The notes beneath the pieces were generated by a model. The model ran no database searches and had not been told where the DNA came from. It worked only from the letters and a program-made list of their open reading frames with translations. From a virus (lineage: Duplodnaviria; Heunggongvirae; Uroviricota; Caudoviricetes): a stretch of 6,282 nucleotides of DNA. Every line of letters begins with the position of its first letter. Position 1 is the stretch's first letter. The stretch lies in the IMG/VR virus record IMGVR_UViG_2547132488_000016, one strand, 5' to 3'. Positions 5,359-6,282 of this stretch are shown piece after piece. The position numbers and the translations under genes were made by a program.

Positions 5359-6011
5359 TGAGTAATAAATATTGCCAGGCGCTGGTGGAACTGCGGAACA
5401 AACCAGCCCATGAACTGAAGGAAGTAGGTGATCAGTGGCGCACGCCGGACAACATTTTCTGGGGAATTAACACCCTGTTTGGCCCGTTTGTTCTGGATCT
5501 GTTCACTGACGGTGATAACGCCAAATGTGCTGCGTATTACACGGCGGAAGACAACGCGCTGGCGCATGACTGGTCAGAACGTCTTGCGGAGCTTAAAGGG
5601 GCTGCCTTTGGTAATCCCCCATACAGTCGCGCCAGTCAGCATGAGGGGCAATACATCACTGGCATGCGTTACATCATGAAACATGCCAGTGCCATGCGTG
5701 ATAAGGGTGGGCGCTATGTTTTCCTGATCAAAGCTGCCACCAGCGAAGTGTGGTGGCCGGAAGATGCGGACCATATTGCTTTTATTCGCGGACGTATTGG
5801 TTTTGAACTGCCTGCCTGGTTTATCCCGAAGGATGAGAAGCAGGTGCCGACAGGCGCTTTCTTCGCTGGTGCTATTGCTGTTTTCGATAAGACCTGGAAG
5901 GGACCGGCAATCAGCTACATCGGGCGCGATGAACTTGAGGCATGTGGTGAGGCGTTTCTGGCGCAGGTTCGCCAGCAGGCGGAAAAACTGGTCAGGGAGA
6001 TGGCGGCATGA
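5358..6011 (+). CDS. Phage-type DNA N6-adenine methyltransferase (Dam family, NPPY motif), 217 aa
   Basis: ATG 5358 overlaps the upstream TAA (TAATG), with GGGGG upstream; the ORF track's earlier start at 5325 is in the same frame and less likely. Contains the catalytic motif GNPPYS (AAFGNPPYSRA) and an upstream W-x-T-P motif (DQWRTPDNIF), typical of small phage orphan Dam-family methyltransferases. Stop TGA 6009..6011 overlaps the next ATG. Confidence 0.8.
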   Translation: MSNKYCQALVELRNKPAHELKEVGDQWRTPDNIFWGINTLFGPFVLDLFTDGDNAKCAAYYTAEDNALAHDWSERLAELKGAAFGNPPYSRASQHEGQYITGMRYIMKHASAMRDKGGRYVFLIKAATSEVWWPEDADHIAFIRGRIGFELPAWFIPKDEKQVPTGAFFAGAIAVFDKTWKGPAISYIGRDELEACGEAFLAQVRQQAEKLVREMAA

Positions 6012-6282
6012 CGACGTTAACTCAATGCCAGCAGCAGGTGCTGGATATGCTGATTTCTTATCAGAAAGAACGTGGCTTCCCGCCAACCAATCAGGAGGTG
6101 GCAACCATGCTGGGATACCGTTCAGTGAATGCAGCGGTGGAGCATCTTCGCGCACTGGAGAAAAAAGGCGTCATCACGATAAAGCGTGGCGTGGCCCGGG
6201 GGATAACGCTTCATACCGCGGTGAAGGACGACGACAGCGAGGCGGTCGGGATTATCCGCGCACTGCTTGCCGGGGAGGAAAA
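6008..6282 (+). CDS. LexA-like repressor (LexA-type N-terminal DNA-binding domain), 5' part only; continues past window end
   Basis: ATG 6008 in an ATGA overlap with the methyltransferase stop; GGGAGA 7 nt upstream. MTTLTQCQQQVLDMLISYQKERGFPPTNQEVATMLGYRSVNAAVEHLRALEKKGVITIKRGVARGITL aligns by eye with the LexA N-terminal domain (LT.RQ..V...I......G.PPT..E.A..LG.RS.NAA.EHL.AL..KGVI......ARGI.L). The final residues RALLAGEE resemble the LexA Ala-Gly cleavage region. Frame is open to the window edge. Confidence 0.7.
   Translation, partial: MTTLTQCQQQVLDMLISYQKERGFPPTNQEVATMLGYRSVNAAVEHLRALEKKGVITIKRGVARGITLHTAVKDDDSEAVGIIRALLAGEE

Noticed and set aside
4629-5679. Track ORFs 4629..4886 (+), 4898..5083 (-), 5118..5303 (-), 5129..5401 (-), 5355..5567 (-), 5428..5679 (+)
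   Set aside because: Alternative frames or antisense of the initiator, the PerC-like gene and the methyltransferase; Arg/Ser/Thr-rich with no independent RBS.
5574-6155. 193-aa minus-strand ORF antisense to the methyltransferase and LexA-like genes
   Set aside because: The plus-strand frames carry recognisable motifs (GNPPYS; LexA-like DNA-binding domain) and translational-coupling overlaps, while the minus-strand product is Pro/Ser/Leu-rich without motifs.

Overview
This window reads as the immunity, early-regulation and replication module of a lambdoid-type enterobacterial prophage (roughly 50% GC, E. coli-like codon usage). All family assignments are from motifs read by eye; no database search was possible. 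At the centre is a divergent switch: a leftward CI-like S24 autopeptidase repressor (1914..2600) and a rightward Cro-like HTH gene (2738..2986), separated by a 137-bp operator region with repeated AAGTTGT/ACAACTT half-sites. A second operator cluster with a near-consensus leftward promoter (PL-like, TTGACA-17-TAGATT) lies at about 1684..1730. Rightward of cro is a translationally coupled gene string with 1- to 11-nt overlaps: a YdaT/CII-like regulator, a small gene whose reading frame is broken, an O-like replication initiator carrying 15-bp iterons (probable ori), a wHTH plus PerC-like regulator, a Dam-family N6-adenine methyltransferase (NPPY motif) and a LexA-like repressor that runs off the window. 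Leftward of PL are an AT-rich block with two convergent, overlapping small ORFs of unknown function, a 437-bp GC-rich ORF-poor stretch with several perfect inverted repeats, and two further leftward genes of unknown function. The best candidates for something undescribed are that accessory block and the hairpin-rich stretch beside the immunity region; both are hypotheses, not demonstrated systems. No tRNA, rRNA, CRISPR array, integrase or transposase was recognisable.
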